Positions 9,814-19,815 of a stretch of DNA of 64,000 bases are shown in pieces (positions within the stretch are counted from its first letter, which is position 1; each line of letters opens with the position of its first letter). The stretch lies in IMG/VR virus record IMGVR_UViG_3300028764_000001; one strand, written 5' to 3'. The notes beneath the pieces were generated by a model, which had not been told where the DNA came from, did not search any database, and was given only the letters and a program-made list of their open reading frames with translations. Origin of the DNA: an uncultured virus (IMG/VR IMGVR_UViG_3300028764_000001) (taxonomy: Duplodnaviria > Heunggongvirae > Uroviricota > Caudoviricetes). Both the position numbers and the translations under genes were made by a program.

Positions 9814-10702
9814 TTTATTAATAATTGATGGAGAAAATCTATTACACAGGGCATACCATAAGTTCTTAGGCTTCAAGTCTACTGAAGGAGTTCCAACTGG
9901 TGCAATATATGGTTTTCTAAAGATCCTACACTCTAATATATTTAGGTTCAAGCCTGAATATGTTATTGTTACATTTGATAATGGCAGATCAAAACATAGG
10001 ACTAACATACTTCCAGGTTATAAGACACGACCTAAAAAACTGGGTATGGATTATGAGTCATTACAAAAACAAAAAAAGTTGATAATGAAGATCCTTAGAA
10101 GGTTGGGAGTACCTTATGTATTTGATAAATCATTCAGTAATGAATGGGAGGCTGATGATTACATTGCTTACTTAGCTAAAACCTTTGAGGGTGAAGTAAC
10201 TATACTATCCTCTGACAAAGATTTTCACCAACTGATATCTAAAAGGGTAAAGGTAATGAGCCCATCTAAAGACCAATTAATCACTGAAGTTAATTGCATA
10301 AAGTTAACTGGGTATAATCCTGACCAATGTGTTGATTGGTTATCAATGGTGGGGGATGAATCCGATAGCATACCCGGCTATAGAGGCATTGGAGAAGTAA
10401 AAGCTACTGCATTACTTAAGAAATATAACTGTATAGAGAAATTTATAATGGGCGATTACAAAGAAAGTAGGGTAAATAAGCAAACACTTAATGAAGTAAT
10501 GACTAAGAATAGGCACCTTATTGATCTTAACTTCTTTATAAGAAAATACCCAATGGTAAAAAACATACCCATAAAATATGGGAAGGATGAATTTATAAAC
10601 AGGAAGCTAGTAACCATGTTTAATGGGTACTCTCTATCCTCATTCCAGTCTACTGAATTTATAAACACCTTTAAAGAATTAAGCAAATGGAAAGTAAAGT
10701 AA
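9806..10702 (+). CDS. 5'-3' exonuclease / flap endonuclease
   Basis: LIIDGENLLHRAYH, EADDYIA, SSDKDFHQL, GDESDSIPGYRGIGEVKA. Confidence 0.95.
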   Translation: MNSLLIIDGENLLHRAYHKFLGFKSTEGVPTGAIYGFLKILHSNIFRFKPEYVIVTFDNGRSKHRTNILPGYKTRPKKLGMDYESLQKQKKLIMKILRRLGVPYVFDKSFSNEWEADDYIAYLAKTFEGEVTILSSDKDFHQLISKRVKVMSPSKDQLITEVNCIKLTGYNPDQCVDWLSMVGDESDSIPGYRGIGEVKATALLKKYNCIEKFIMGDYKESRVNKQTLNEVMTKNRHLIDLNFFIRKYPMVKNIPIKYGKDEFINRKLVTMFNGYSLSSFQSTEFINTFKELSKWKVK

Positions 10703-11337
10703 AACGTATTATGTTTGTGGGTCCCAGTGGGATAGGCAAGACCCACCTATCCAAGTTTATTGCAGATAAATATGGTATACCATTCATAAGTGGTTCATAC
10801 TCTGATATGGTACCATCAACTAAAGATCAAAGCCATGCTGATATGGTAAGCAAGGATTCAAAGGTAATTTATAATGAAGATTATAAGTTGCTATGGGCAA
10901 GGGCAAAGGTATACTTAGGCTATACTACTAAAGGTTTAAGTTTTGTAACCGACAGGTCATATATTGATAGCATTGCATATTTCATATACAAACTTTCAAA
11001 AGTAATACCCAAGTGTGAAATTGAAGGTTTTGAACATGCAGCAAAAATGCTATTATTCAGGGACTGTACCCACCTAATTGTAATGCAATGTACTGAATCA
11101 ATGGTTGATACCTGGAGAGTTGAAAATAATGAAAAGAGGATATTAAATACATATTTCCAGTGGATGGTATCTATGGTAATGATAGGAGTACTTAAAAGAT
11201 TGGGCTTAAGAACTGGTAAATACTTTGGCCATACATACAGTTACATGCCAATGGGTATAAAAGTACTTGTTTTAAATAACAGGAACATGGAGAATAACAA
11301 AGTACTAATCAGTAAATTCTTGGGCAATGTCAAATAA
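10687..11337 (+). CDS. P-loop kinase, putative dNMP kinase
   Basis: GPSGIGKT Walker A; FVTDRSYIDSIAY matches the TMK/AAA_28-like DRS motif. Confidence 0.75.
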   Translation: MESKVKRIMFVGPSGIGKTHLSKFIADKYGIPFISGSYSDMVPSTKDQSHADMVSKDSKVIYNEDYKLLWARAKVYLGYTTKGLSFVTDRSYIDSIAYFIYKLSKVIPKCEIEGFEHAAKMLLFRDCTHLIVMQCTESMVDTWRVENNEKRILNTYFQWMVSMVMIGVLKRLGLRTGKYFGHTYSYMPMGIKVLVLNNRNMENNKVLISKFLGNVK

Positions 11338-12346
11338 AAGACCCATAGCAATTGCTTTCTCAGACTTACACCTGAATATCTGGACTAAGTTTAACAAAGA
11401 CAACAGCAGAACAATGAACCAGTTCGAGGTTCTTCACTACATAAGAAAGCAATGTATAAAAAAGAAGGTTCCGGCCTTCTTTCTTGGTGATATGCTACAC
11501 AAACCCGAGAGCATCGATAGTGACCTATTCAGGCTTATAATTGAAGAGTTTATTAGGCTAAACACAGAACCCCTTTGGAACTGCTTCTTCATTGAAGGCA
11601 ACCATGAGATAAAGAATAAGAACCAATTGGTAACACTTGGCCAAGGCACTGCCCATACTGATAAGCCATCAGTCTATACCTCACCTGGTATAGTGTCATC
11701 GCTATCAAAAATATTCAACTTTCTAAATCCCATAAATGGGTACGTAGGTTTATATGGTGGATATAAGGTTTGGGGTATATCCTACCTTGACCATAACCAA
11801 GGTTTGAATAAACACTTAACTGAAATAATACTAAGGTTTAATCAGCATGATAAGAACATCCTATTACTACATACAGATTACCCAGGTGCAAAAGATACTG
11901 ATGGTTCTGAAGTTGGTTCAAGTGAAAATATCAATGTAAACCTTATCAATAAATTTGATCTAGTATTATGTGGCCACATACATAAACCACAAAGGCTTTC
12001 AAAAAAGGTATACATGATTGGTGCACCCATCCAACAAAGGAGGACAGATAGGAATTGTGAAATGGGTTATTGGGTAATATACAATGACCTATCTGTTAAG
12101 TTTAAATCCCTTGCAAAGAAGTTCCCCAAATTTATAGATGTTGAAAAGGAAGAAGGTATTAAAGATGATTATAACTATTACACAGTAATTCCTAAGCATA
12201 TTCTAGTAAACACAGATACTAAGAGTAATAGAATTACTGCTAATCTTTCTAAAACTAAACTAGCAAAGAAGTATATGCGTGAAAAAGGCATCAAAGATAA
12301 AGACAAATCAAGGTTACTAACTAAACTACTGAAAGACAATGATTAA
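11327..12346 (+). CDS. Mre11/SbcD-like metallophosphoesterase nuclease
   Basis: SDLH, LGDMLH, EGNHE, LLHT, CGHIH; adjacent to the Rad50-like gene. Confidence 0.92.
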   Translation: MSNKRPIAIAFSDLHLNIWTKFNKDNSRTMNQFEVLHYIRKQCIKKKVPAFFLGDMLHKPESIDSDLFRLIIEEFIRLNTEPLWNCFFIEGNHEIKNKNQLVTLGQGTAHTDKPSVYTSPGIVSSLSKIFNFLNPINGYVGLYGGYKVWGISYLDHNQGLNKHLTEIILRFNQHDKNILLLHTDYPGAKDTDGSEVGSSENINVNLINKFDLVLCGHIHKPQRLSKKVYMIGAPIQQRRTDRNCEMGYWVIYNDLSVKFKSLAKKFPKFIDVEKEEGIKDDYNYYTVIPKHILVNTDTKSNRITANLSKTKLAKKYMREKGIKDKDKSRLLTKLLKDND

Positions 12347-14054
12347 GTTTGGGAAACTAATAATAAAAGGCTTCTGCTCTATCCAGGATTATGAAATTGA
12401 TCTTGATGGGGGGCATATAACTATTATACGAGGAGAAAATGGAGTAGGTAAAACTACGCTCCTATCAGCAATAACATGGGTACTCTATAATAAGACAGCT
12501 AAGGAAGATGCTAAAGACGTAAACACATGGAAAGAAAGAAGGCCAAAAGATTACAGGGGTACTAGTGTAGAGATATACTGGAATAATGGTACAACACTAC
12601 ACCAAGTAATTAGGTGTTCTAACTATGGTGAAAAAGTACATGGCTCAAAGGGTGCTAATAGGCTGATATATCTAATAGAAGGCGTAGAGGTTAAGAATAA
12701 AAGGAAGGATGAGATACAGGCCCTAATTGAAGCTAACCTTACACTATCCTACTCTCTATTCAAGAACTCTATCATGTTTGGCCAGGGCCTAAAGAGATTA
12801 ATACAAGAATCTGGTACAGAGAAAAGGAAACTATTCGAAGAAGTATTCGATGTAAGCTACCTATCAGTAGTAAGAACAGTTGCACAAAAGGAAAGGGACA
12901 AGATAAAAGAAGAACTTAGTTTAATAACAAATCCTTTAAATACAATGAGGGCTAGTTATGAAACTAATAAAGAAACCTACCTAGAACTAAAAGCAAGAGA
13001 ATCAAATCAAGCAACTGCTATAGGTGAAGAACTTGAGGAATATATAACTCAACTAAAGGAAATAAAAAGAACTTTAAGAAGGTACGACCCAGAGATTGAA
13101 AAGTCACTAGCTAAGGCTACTGAAAAAAAGGTCCGGCTTAAAGAACAACTAGAAGAGTTACGAGAAAATTATAACTCTAACAAAAAAAAGGTATCAGATG
13201 TAACTTCAGTTAAAGGCTTAGGTAGTTTAGTAAAAGAGATTATTGGGTTAATCATAATAAACCCTCACTTGGCAATATCAAAGTTAAAAGAACTTGAATC
13301 GGCAATAGTTGAAATGAATAACTACCATGATGAGTATGAAAGGCTTAATAATAAGCTTATTAGCATAAGAGATGAAGAAAATGAGTGGCATAACATAGTT
13401 GAGAAGAATAAGAAGAACCTGGAAATAGCTAATACTATAGAAAAGAAAATTGACATAATCAAGAATGCCAAGTTAGAAGTACTTTCTCCTAAGTATAAAG
13501 AGAAGTATTTGAAATACAAAGAGGAGATAAGAGTTCTGGAAAAGAAGTTATTACCTATTGAAAAGCAACTCAATGATTATAATTGGGTAATAGATGATCC
13601 ACTTGGTAGCAACGGGATCAAGTCATATATATTTGAATCATCAATGGATGGTATAAATGATATACTAATGCAATATGCTGATACCCTGGGATTAAGAATA
13701 GAATTTGGGGTAGACCTATCAAATACAAGGAAGGACTTTTATACACTAGTAGAGATAGGTGGTATAGTAGTTGATTATGCTGATTTATCCGGTGGCCAAA
13801 AGCAATTAGTTAATCTTGCTATGGCTTTTGCAATGTGGGAATCCACTTCTAGTACAAAAGATATTAATATACTATTTCTAGATGAAGTATTTGAAAGCTT
13901 ATCTAGAAGTAATATCGAAATAGTGGTAGACCTTATAAAGCAATTGTCTAAGGGCAAGAGCATATACATCATCACACACCAGGAAAACCTACCCCTTAGC
14001 AATGCTAAGATCTTAAACCTAGACTCTAAGAATGGTCTAACTACCTTTAACTAA
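12339..14054 (+). CDS. Rad50/SbcC-like SMC ATPase
   Basis: GENGVGKT, central coiled coil, LSGGQ signature, LFLDE, ITH. Confidence 0.95.
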   Translation: MIKFGKLIIKGFCSIQDYEIDLDGGHITIIRGENGVGKTTLLSAITWVLYNKTAKEDAKDVNTWKERRPKDYRGTSVEIYWNNGTTLHQVIRCSNYGEKVHGSKGANRLIYLIEGVEVKNKRKDEIQALIEANLTLSYSLFKNSIMFGQGLKRLIQESGTEKRKLFEEVFDVSYLSVVRTVAQKERDKIKEELSLITNPLNTMRASYETNKETYLELKARESNQATAIGEELEEYITQLKEIKRTLRRYDPEIEKSLAKATEKKVRLKEQLEELRENYNSNKKKVSDVTSVKGLGSLVKEIIGLIIINPHLAISKLKELESAIVEMNNYHDEYERLNNKLISIRDEENEWHNIVEKNKKNLEIANTIEKKIDIIKNAKLEVLSPKYKEKYLKYKEEIRVLEKKLLPIEKQLNDYNWVIDDPLGSNGIKSYIFESSMDGINDILMQYADTLGLRIEFGVDLSNTRKDFYTLVEIGGIVVDYADLSGGQKQLVNLAMAFAMWESTSSTKDINILFLDEVFESLSRSNIEIVVDLIKQLSKGKSIYIITHQENLPLSNAKILNLDSKNGLTTFN

Positions 14055-14090
14055 TTAAACTATTAATAACTAAACAAACACAAACATGGG

Positions 14091-14636
14091 ATGGCACGAA
14101 TTAACTCAAAAGCTAAGGGATCAAAAAATGAAAGAGATACCTGTAAGTGGTGGAAAGATTGGACAGGATATGAATTTAGTAGAGTGCCCTCTAGTGGTGG
14201 GCTTAGGTGGTCCCGTACAACGGATACTACGGGAGATATCATCTGTTCAGATAACAAACACTATCTCAGGTTCCCCTTTAGTATTGAGTGCAAAAACTAT
14301 AAGGAAATTAATTTTGAGCATATCCTATTGGGAACAAAGGGAGCAAAAGTCCTCCAATTCTGGAATCAAGCTCTTGAAGATGCGGAGAGGGGGAACAAGC
14401 TTCCTATCCTAATGATGAGGTATAATGGGATGAAAAAGGGAGATTACTTCTTTGTAGTTGATGAACAATTTGGGGGAATACTAATTGATACCATGCCACA
14501 TGAGGATGTAAATGTAATGCTTATAAATGCTAAACATATAAAGCTGATGATTGTAATGGCATCTGATATCATTAAGTATGCTGATTACGCTAAAGTATAT
14601 AAAGAGTCAAGGAAACGATTAAAAGCTAAGAAATGA
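14091..14636 (+). CDS. Holliday junction resolvase (Hjc-like PD-(D/E)XK)
   Basis: NSKAKGSKNER...PSSGG...GDII...SIECK. Confidence 0.85.
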   Translation: MARINSKAKGSKNERDTCKWWKDWTGYEFSRVPSSGGLRWSRTTDTTGDIICSDNKHYLRFPFSIECKNYKEINFEHILLGTKGAKVLQFWNQALEDAERGNKLPILMMRYNGMKKGDYFFVVDEQFGGILIDTMPHEDVNVMLINAKHIKLMIVMASDIIKYADYAKVYKESRKRLKAKK

Positions 14637-15346
14637 AAAAATCATCTAAGTGGTGTATTTTTAACATCAACAACAAACATTGCTTAACCATAGCTAAAGA
14701 ACTTAAGGAAAAAGGGTATGATAAACTAGGGGTAAAGGTAAGCCTACCCACAGTATCAATCCTAAGGAAGAGGCAAAAGGGTAAGGATATTTATGAAGAT
14801 GTCCCACTGCTATTCAACTATGGCTTTGTAAAGATGCCCACTGAGATGGCTTACTCTAGACCACTTTTAAGGAAACTAACTCGTGACATAACTGGGATAG
14901 GCTCATGGGTTAAATCAAATGATACAATGCATGAAAAGAAACTAAGAAGAAGAATTGATGGTGAAGACTTCGATGATTTCTCTAAGGTTGCTATTGCAAG
15001 TAACAATGAAGTAAGGAGATTTAAAAGGATGTCTAGAGAAAATAAGGTATACCAAGCAGATGAAATAATAAACCTAAGTATTGACTCTTACGTAGTACTA
15101 AGGGGCTACCCATTTAATGGTGTTAATGCTACTATAAAAGAAGTCAACCTTGTTACTAAGGAAATAACTGTAATGCTATACCCAGGCAATACTAATATGA
15201 TAGTTAAACTCCCCATGGATAACGTAGTATACTCAATCTATCAAAACTATGATGAGAATAAACTATTCTGCAACAGCACAGAATTAGATACTACAAATAT
15301 CCAGTCTGAAGATATTGAAGATAAACTAACTAAAAGGCAATTCTGA
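14633..15346 (+). CDS. NusG/RfaH/UpxY-family transcription elongation factor
   Basis: NGN domain (KWCIF...VSLPT...PLLFNYGFVKM) plus KOW (YVVLRGYPFNGVNATIKEV). Confidence 0.8.
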   Translation: MKKSSKWCIFNINNKHCLTIAKELKEKGYDKLGVKVSLPTVSILRKRQKGKDIYEDVPLLFNYGFVKMPTEMAYSRPLLRKLTRDITGIGSWVKSNDTMHEKKLRRRIDGEDFDDFSKVAIASNNEVRRFKRMSRENKVYQADEIINLSIDSYVVLRGYPFNGVNATIKEVNLVTKEITVMLYPGNTNMIVKLPMDNVVYSIYQNYDENKLFCNSTELDTTNIQSEDIEDKLTKRQF

Positions 15347-16317
15347 TGAAAAAACATGAAGAGATAGCATGGGCAATGCTGACTGACGTAGAGAAGAACA
15401 GTCTATATTTAACGTTAAACAATGGGATGTCTTCATGGGAAGCTGGAGAAGTATTAAAGCTATCACACTATAAGTATTTAGAACTAAAAGAGAGGGCAGA
15501 GAAATTCTTTAGGCTATTTGTGGAATACTTCGAAATAGGCATAGAAAGTTTATTCAGCCCTCAAACAGTTGCTGATTCAAGGTTTAGGGATTACATAGAA
15601 GCATGCTTAGAAAAACGTATAGTAAGAAGTGAAGCAATAACTTATTGTGGAGATTCCTCTTTAGTTGTACCAAGCATCAGTCAAACCTTCATAATAAAAA
15701 ACATGGATAGGCTAAGCAAATCTGAATGTCAGATAGACATAAGGTTATACAAACTAATCATGGAATTTGATCGATGGAATAACTGGAGAATACTACCCAG
15801 GAAAATACAACAACCTTCAGCATATAAACGAAGGAATAACAAAAGGGATAAGGTATACATTACTTATATGAATAAACTTGCAGAATACAAAGTAAAAGCT
15901 ATTATGAATATCTTCTGGTATGTTCCTCGAAAACCTAATAAAAAAATATACTATATTCCCTTAGTTTCTAGCACTTTATTTAGCGATGGCTACAAGGTAA
16001 TACCCATAAAAACTGATGACACCACCTTAAAAAAACTATCCAAACTATGTATATACATATTTAAAGAAGAAGAACAAGCAGATGTATTTGGTTATATGCT
16101 AACAAGGTATTTCAAGGAAGATTTAAAAGCATCACAAGGTCAAAAGTATTGGCCAGAATACCGGGACTGTTTAACTAGAACAGTAAACTATAACCAAGTA
16201 AACAATATAAACTTTTACATTGATAGACTTGATATGGCATATAACGACTTCACTCATAAACCAGCAAAAAATAAATCCCTACATAATGAAAGGAGAGCTC
16301 CTGATGAAATTTTTTAA
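15346..16317 (+). CDS. Hypothetical protein with N-terminal sigma-70 region-4-like HTH
   Basis: AWAMLTDVEKNSLYL...GMSSWEAGEVLKLS...ERA. Confidence 0.5.
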   Translation: MKKHEEIAWAMLTDVEKNSLYLTLNNGMSSWEAGEVLKLSHYKYLELKERAEKFFRLFVEYFEIGIESLFSPQTVADSRFRDYIEACLEKRIVRSEAITYCGDSSLVVPSISQTFIIKNMDRLSKSECQIDIRLYKLIMEFDRWNNWRILPRKIQQPSAYKRRNNKRDKVYITYMNKLAEYKVKAIMNIFWYVPRKPNKKIYYIPLVSSTLFSDGYKVIPIKTDDTTLKKLSKLCIYIFKEEEQADVFGYMLTRYFKEDLKASQGQKYWPEYRDCLTRTVNYNQVNNINFYIDRLDMAYNDFTHKPAKNKSLHNERRAPDEIF

Positions 16318-16321
16318 AAAT

Positions 16322-16352
16322 TAGTGTATATAATATAAATGTCGTATATTTG
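16322..16352 (+). promoter_or_regulatory. Bacteroidetes sigma-A-type promoter
   Basis: TATATTTG (-7) at 16345-16352 before ORF 16381. Confidence 0.75.
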
Positions 16353-16380
16353 CAAATAATTAATAATTCAACAATTCAAC

Positions 16381-16944
16381 ATGAAAACCAGAGTCAAGAA
16401 ACAAAAGGGAAACGACAAGAAGGCTAATATCAAGGGCATTGCTGGAACCCATGATAGAAAGTCTTACAAGGACCTAAAACGGGAAGCCGTTATAAGGGGC
16501 ATGGCTTTCCAAGATGTGGTAGAAGCAAACATCTACAGCCTAATTTCCTTTATCGAATCCAGCTTATCAAAACCTGACCTTTCATTAATTGATCAATTCG
16601 ATGACTGGGTGGATAATCAATTAGAACTTATTGGTTACTCAGCAGACAATGCAATGAGACATCCTCAACTACGGTTGGGGTTTATTGGTGAAAAAGACGA
16701 AGATGGAAACATCACTAAACACAAAAGAATTAAAGGCTTAACTAAACCTAAGAAAGTAAAAAGGGAACGAGATGAAGCTGGTTTATACAAAGGAACTAAA
16801 AAATCTTACACCTTCGAACTTGCAAGAAGGGGCAAGTCACTTGAGAAGGTTAATGCTAGGGTCCTAAAGAAATTCCCAGATGCCTCACTAAAATCAGTTA
16901 GCATATGGTTCCGAACTGCAAACAGGGAAGCTAAGAAAGCATGA
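16381..16944 (+). CDS. Basic hypothetical protein
   Basis: 187-aa K/R-rich ORF directly after a promoter. Confidence 0.75.
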   Translation: MKTRVKKQKGNDKKANIKGIAGTHDRKSYKDLKREAVIRGMAFQDVVEANIYSLISFIESSLSKPDLSLIDQFDDWVDNQLELIGYSADNAMRHPQLRLGFIGEKDEDGNITKHKRIKGLTKPKKVKRERDEAGLYKGTKKSYTFELARRGKSLEKVNARVLKKFPDASLKSVSIWFRTANREAKKA

Positions 16945-17312
16945 TAAATCAGGATATGGAAAAAGTATTTAATAGCCCCTCACTATTAACCATACTATAT
17001 GAAAGGGCATTATTTGAAAATAGTGATAAAGCCATATACAATGAATACTTTACCTTTTACTTTACTATAGAAGATTTTAGAAGGCTAATACTCATTGAAA
17101 AGCTTTTAAAACCTCACACGGGTAAATATGACACTATAAGATATGGGTTATTAGAAAATACTAAAGCTGATAAGCCTCTATCTGGGTGCACGGTATTTAT
17201 ACATGATGAACTAGATTGGGGTGACTCTTACCACCTAAAAACAAATACTGATAACTTTGAGTATGCTGGAGCACAATATGTTATCAATAATAAAGGGCTT
17301 TATAAATCATGA
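16941..17312 (+). CDS. Hypothetical protein
   Basis: ATGA overlaps at both ends. Confidence 0.7.
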   Translation: MINQDMEKVFNSPSLLTILYERALFENSDKAIYNEYFTFYFTIEDFRRLILIEKLLKPHTGKYDTIRYGLLENTKADKPLSGCTVFIHDELDWGDSYHLKTNTDNFEYAGAQYVINNKGLYKS

Positions 17313-17710
17313 GAAAAGTAAACGACCAAAAGATATATAAGAATAAGTACTACCCCTGGTACTACAAGGAGAGCCTAAAAGTAAATCTTGTACCAATATC
17401 CTATTATACTAGAGAGGAAGCTTTATTTACTCTAGAAAAGCAATTTGGGAATAAGGGCATGCTAGAGCTAAAGGTAATCAAGGGGTCAGTTGCAATAAAG
17501 GAAGGCCTGGAACTTGGTAAGAACTCTTTTAGGTTAGATGGGAAAAGCCACCAAGTAAAAAAATACTATGTCCCACCAGAATACCAATTCAACAGGTCAA
17601 GGAGAAGGACTTACTTCAAGCTTCTAAAAAGAAGGAATAAAGACAACCAGCCATCAGGAGTGGTAAGGTTACATAAAACATATAAACTAAAAACTTATGG
17701 TACTAGGTGA
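17309..17710 (+). CDS. Basic hypothetical protein
   Basis: Overlapping operon ORF. Confidence 0.7.
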   Translation: MRKVNDQKIYKNKYYPWYYKESLKVNLVPISYYTREEALFTLEKQFGNKGMLELKVIKGSVAIKEGLELGKNSFRLDGKSHQVKKYYVPPEYQFNRSRRRTYFKLLKRRNKDNQPSGVVRLHKTYKLKTYGTR

Positions 17711-18236
17711 TACTACAATAGATTGGGTAAAGGTATATAAGAAAAGGGACCTATCCTACAGGTTATGGAAAAGGCTTTTAAATGGGGGAGATTGGCTTAC
17801 CCTATATAAGGATGAAGAAATCCAGCCCAATGACCTACTACTTATTATGAAGATACATAAAATGTATGTCATACCCCTAAAGAAGTTAATAAGAAAGTTA
17901 CCCAAAATAATAGAAGCCTATGAGGCATGGCTACCCACAAGGAATATACCATTCCAAAAAACCAGTAAAGACAAGTACTTAGCTAAAGAATTAGCATTCA
18001 GAGGGTTTGTTCCTATTGCCCAATTTGATTACTCTAATACCAAGTTTTGCTATATAATGAGCAACCGTTCAATAGAAAATACTATATGGGTATACCCTAT
18101 GAAATTCACATTGAACTATGATCAATTACAAAAGGATATTAAAAAAGGCAAGGATATAAACATAAGGTATATATATCCCAATTTTGCAGCCATTGCCTTA
18201 CAAGGTTGCACTAAAATTCAATACTGTAATTTATGA
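17697..18236 (+). CDS. Hypothetical protein
   Basis: Overlapping operon ORF. Confidence 0.7.
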   Translation: MVLGDTTIDWVKVYKKRDLSYRLWKRLLNGGDWLTLYKDEEIQPNDLLLIMKIHKMYVIPLKKLIRKLPKIIEAYEAWLPTRNIPFQKTSKDKYLAKELAFRGFVPIAQFDYSNTKFCYIMSNRSIENTIWVYPMKFTLNYDQLQKDIKKGKDINIRYIYPNFAAIALQGCTKIQYCNL

Positions 18237-18529
18237 TAAACGTAATAAAACAAGAAGAGCCTAAGTTGCCTAAGCTCAAATACTACTTGGCAACATATAA
18301 GAAGTATATGCCAGTTGAAACTGAGATTATAAAACATGTTAAGTACAACATTATACCCACAGATGAAATAACTAGTAAAGAACCATTAGATATCAGTGAG
18401 GATAATACCATTGATGATATTAAAAATGCTATTGCCCAATTGGTGCTATTCAATCAAGAAAACAAGAGCAATATACTTCAAGGAAGTTTGGGAAACTATA
18501 TAATACAGCAAAAGCTCATTAATGAGTAA
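18233..18529 (+). CDS. Hypothetical protein
   Basis: ATGA overlap with the previous gene. Confidence 0.65.
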   Translation: MINVIKQEEPKLPKLKYYLATYKKYMPVETEIIKHVKYNIIPTDEITSKEPLDISEDNTIDDIKNAIAQLVLFNQENKSNILQGSLGNYIIQQKLINE

Positions 18530-18571
18530 AACAACAATAACAATTATTAATTTTTAAAAAACAATTACATC

Positions 18572-19012
18572 ATGGCTAAGAAAGCAAAAGTAAAAGAAGT
18601 AACAGTAGAGTCTACAGAATTTTTAGGCGGTGGCCTTATCAAAATCACCATGTCGGATGGTTCAATCATCTTTGCATTAACAATCACCCAGGAAGTTATC
18701 GACCTAATTGCACCGGAAGCTGATGATGATGATGACGATGATTCGGACGATGATGATGATGATGATGACGATGATTCGGACGATGATGATGATGATGATG
18801 ACGATGATTCGGACGATGATGATGATGACGAAGTCACTGCAGAATCACTTGCCGAAATGGATTATGAAGAACTGGAAGATGTCTGCGATGACAAAGACCT
18901 TGACACTGATCCTGATGACTTCGATGAGGAAGAAGTTGAAAAACTCCGGTCTGCCATCGCAAAAGAACTGGGCATCAAACTTCCCAAGGCTGCCAAAAAA
19001 GGCAAAAAATAA
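18572..19012 (+). CDS. Highly acidic protein with poly-Asp tract
   Basis: Run of about 36 D/S residues, acidic helical C-terminus, basic ends. Confidence 0.8.
   Translation: MAKKAKVKEVTVESTEFLGGGLIKITMSDGSIIFALTITQEVIDLIAPEADDDDDDDSDDDDDDDDDDSDDDDDDDDDDSDDDDDDEVTAESLAEMDYEELEDVCDDKDLDTDPDDFDEEEVEKLRSAIAKELGIKLPKAAKKGKK
18722..18829 (+). repeat. Coding tandem repeat (GAT)n-GAC-GATGAT-TCG-GAC, about 3.5 units
   Basis: gatgatgatgacgatgattcggac occurs three times. Confidence 0.9.
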
Positions 19013-19135
19013 ACCACTAAGGGGGGCTCACAGTACTGGTTATGAACCTTAAGCATAACACTTACTTGACTACCCCCCTTATGTTTTACAACATTTCTTA
19101 AACACAAATATTTAATTTTTACAACAACACTCATT

Positions 19136-19525
19136 ATGGCTAAAGACAAATCAGCTTCAAAAAAAGACGAAGCTAAAGGAAAAGTAAAAGGTGCAGATGC
19201 TACAGCAGAAGCTGCAAAACTGGCAAAACGCGAAGCTCGCAAAGAGGCCCTTAAAGCCCGTCCAGATGGACAACGTCAAAACTCGAAACAGATTGATACC
19301 CTTACGGTAGGTAAAACTACAGTTGAAACATTTGGTTGCTCGGTTCGTAAAACGGGTACCCTGGTAACAACAGTTATCAAAAACGAAAAAGGGGATGCTA
19401 TTGCAGTTGCTGTCACATTCGTTCCGGGTGTTAAGGTGAAAGCCAAAAAAGGTCACGGAATGCTTCAACCGGGAGTTGCTGGTGAAGGCAAGAAAAAGAA
19501 AGGCGCTGAAGAAGACGAAGATTAA
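19136..19525 (+). CDS. Small Lys/Ala-rich protein (probably abundant, possibly nucleic-acid binding)
   Basis: Uses CGC/CGT/CCG codons rare in most of the window; followed by a terminator. Confidence 0.8.
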   Translation: MAKDKSASKKDEAKGKVKGADATAEAAKLAKREARKEALKARPDGQRQNSKQIDTLTVGKTTVETFGCSVRKTGTLVTTVIKNEKGDAIAVAVTFVPGVKVKAKKGHGMLQPGVAGEGKKKKGAEEDED

Positions 19526-19560
19526 TCTTCACAACAAAAACATTAGGTAAATTTGGGTTT

Positions 19561-19590
19561 AAAGGTAGGGGGGCAACTTCCTACCTTTAT
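19561..19590 (+). terminator. Intrinsic terminator
   Basis: aaaggtagggg-ggcaa-cttcctaccttt hairpin. Confidence 0.75.
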
Positions 19591-19611
19591 TCATTTATAA
19601 ACATTCACAAT

Positions 19612-19815
19612 ATGGATGACGAGAAAGAAATTATTTATATTGCACTAAGCAATTCAATAAGTTATTATAGAACTTTACTAGAATCAAGCAAGGAATTGCC
19701 CAAAGAAGATGAAATAATGGCTAAACATATTTTATTAAGAACTGAGCAATTATTAGATATGTATGCTTTGCTAATTGATGGTAATGAGAAACTAATGGAT
19801 AGACCAAGATGGTAG
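19612..19815 (+). CDS. Hypothetical protein
   Basis: 67-aa ORF with A-rich leader. Confidence 0.65.
   Translation: MDDEKEIIYIALSNSISYYRTLLESSKELPKEDEIMAKHILLRTEQLLDMYALLIDGNEKLMDRPRW

Noticed and set aside
18565..19052. Poly-Ser (minus strand) and poly-Met (alternative frame) ORFs
   Set aside because: These are shadow frames of the (GAT)n repeat in the poly-Asp gene.
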